From Rhodosorus marinus CCMP1338 (Eukaryota; Plantae; Rhodophyta): DNA of 64,000 bases. The stretch spans positions 2,108,001 through 2,172,000 of the forward strand of contig JAMWBK010000001.1 in NCBI GenBank assembly GCA_029953675.1. Reading direction: 5' to 3'. Shown one piece after another: positions 62,946-64,000 of the stretch (positions are counted from its first letter, which is position 1; each line of letters starts with the position of its first letter). Below the pieces are notes generated by a model. It did no database searches and had not been told where the DNA came from. It worked only from the letters and a program-made list of their open reading frames with translations. A program made the position numbers and the translations under genes.

Positions 62946-64000
62946 TTTCGCCCAATACACAGTTTATCGGGCCCAAGCGAAATTTGGAACTGGATGAGTT
63001 AATAGTTCGCGATACCATCTATTAAACCAGCCTGTTGATAGTACTGCTAACCTATCCGTCAATGTTTCATATACGCGGTACCTTTTATTAAACGAGCCCG
63101 CTGATCTGGTTACTAACTTATCCACTCCTCAGTAGAGAGTCAAAGATTATCTCTCGAAAAAGTCCCCAAGTGTAATACCCCAAACTTCCGATCAGTGTCA
63201 GCTACATCATTTAGCGGGAGTGAGAAGGGGGGGGGAGAAGACCCTCCAAACTCCACGACTGAGACAAGAACAAAGGCAGAACTTTGCTAGACAAAAGTGT
63301 TCTTCAAGCCTCAAAATTTGTCGATCAGAGGGATTATATATCAATGCCATGGTTGAAGGAAGAAGGTACCTAGTAGAACAGTTCAAACCCGAGTTCACCG
63401 GCTAGATGTTTTCTGCTGGAGAGATGTTTTAAGGATTTGCAAGGGGGGAGAAGAGGAGCAATCTCTGCGATCGATGCGATCAATACGACCCTGGTAGCTT
63501 TAGGGAGCTTCGAGAGGGGAGCGGGAAGGGGCTTTTTCAGACTTCGCTGAGGAGATCGATTCTTTCAAACAATCCGCAGATCAGTGCTCAAAAAACTTAT
63601 CGGAGAGAACGAAAAAGCAAACTTTACTAAACCCAACTTTCGTCGTCCTGGAGACCTTCTTCGTCCGCAGGAGACAAGATTTTGTGCTCTGACTAGGAGG
63701 AAGTTTCAGTAGGCACTAGGCTATTCTTTCACCAGCGATCTCCTTCGCTCTTTCGTCATCCCAATCTGAGGTCTCTTCTTCTCCTTCATCTTAGTAGTTC
63801 GCTTTCATCTCGATCGATCAGTTAGTGCTTGGCGAAGGGTGATAAGACGATCTGCGAGCTCTCCCCTTGGCTATCGGTAATAGACTCTTGCAGAAGCAGA
63901 CGAGGAAGAGGTGTGGCGTGAGCTGGCGTTAAGTCATCGGATCATCGAAGAGGAATAAGTGAAAGCCTACAGGGCTCTTCAAGGTAGACAGGGGACAAGT

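Noticed and set aside
63000-64000. Short ORFs at the right end
   Set aside because: Multiple stops in all frames and no recognisable motif; possibly more TE debris, but unsupported.

Overview
This is eukaryotic nuclear DNA: compact genes with short GT-AG introns, AT-rich intergenic spacers and decayed transposon debris. It is not prokaryotic, and I found no CRISPR array, rRNA or tRNA. Several nuclear genes carry short basic/Ser-rich N-terminal extensions with an early Phe ([28 protein letters not shown]) ahead of plastid/bacterial-type domains, which fits a red alga (inference; species not determinable). About 17 genes are recognisable: an EXECUTER-like UVR+DUF3506 protein, an RluD-like pseudouridine synthase, class I FBP aldolase, a RING-H2 protein, MetAP2, ClpS, BUD13, CDC27, type II PI4-kinase, eIF2-alpha, a WDR44-like protein, organellar AspRS, Rab11, a TMEM53-like protein, a GDT1/UPF0016 transporter, a 4x CAP_N tandem protein and M3B oligoendopeptidase F. 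There are also two orphan spliced genes and a nested hAT/copia relic at the right end. The most striking items are: (1) an intronless protein made only of four exact-period (576 nt) CAP helical-folded domains, with no oligomerisation, WH2 or CARP domain; (2) a GDT1-family transporter with both E-x-G-D-K/R motifs altered; (3) an eIF2-alpha with KGYID changed to MGYID; (4) dense clusters of two recurring intergenic octamers (WATCRGAC, AGTCATTA); (5) a perfect 24-bp-arm hairpin; (6) a 30/31-bp CCAAT-rich minisatellite. Family calls come from motif recognition by eye; no database searches were run, and exon models are manual.
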